Below are positions 63,847 through 64,000 of a stretch of 64,000 nucleotides of DNA, piece after piece. Source of the stretch: Salpingoeca rosetta (lineage: Eukaryota; Protista; Choanoflagellata); NCBI GenBank assembly GCA_033442325.1, contig JAWQFM010000016.1, forward strand, positions 130,097 to 194,096, written 5' to 3'. Within the stretch, counting starts at the first letter, position 1. The number at the start of each line of letters is the position of its first letter. A program made the translations under genes and the position numbers. A model generated the notes under the pieces. It did not search any database. It was not told where the DNA came from and saw nothing but the letters and a program-made list of their open reading frames with translations.

Positions 63847-64000
63847 CTGAGAAATGGGGTGAAGTGGTGAGTGTGATGACGGCACACGAGTTGACATGTT
63901 GAGATGAGTGCGGTGAGAAAGATGAGCGGGGGGTGACAGTGGTGAACAGGCACAAGCAAGTAAGCAGACACATGGCACAGCGTGCGCCATCAAATAGACA

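Overview
This is eukaryotic genomic DNA: gene-dense, with GC-rich exons and short GT-AG introns packed with (GT)n/(CA)n microsatellites. It is most consistent with a choanoflagellate such as Salpingoeca rosetta (inferred from sequence style and gene content, not tested). I assembled eleven spliced protein-coding genes by hand, checking splice phases. In order: a small PemK/MazF-like gene (-), a sulfotransferase (+), an I-BAR/MIM-like protein with several WH2-like motifs (-), RPA3 (-), a GH38 lysosomal-type alpha-mannosidase (+), an SGTA-like TPR co-chaperone (-), a TXNDC15-like CxxS thioredoxin membrane protein (+), an HS3ST/NDST-like sulfotransferase (+), p47/NSFL1C (-), a ~30 kb ryanodine receptor gene (+, roughly 5,300 aa by my exon tally) and the 3' part of a GTPBP10/Obg GTPase (-). 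Main observations: (1) the mannosidase frame needs a single-nucleotide exon (G at 11655); (2) an intron-containing PemK/MazF-like gene; (3) (GT)n sits next to donors and (CA)n next to acceptors on both strands; (4) the RyR keeps its pore, gate and calmodulin site, but as assembled lacks the Ca2+-binding core/EF-hand segment, Repeat 2 and SPRY2; (5) three very short divergent promoters, one with a canonical E2F site upstream of RPA3. I saw no rRNA, tRNA, CRISPR array or recognisable transposase. Family assignments come from remembered motifs, not database searches.
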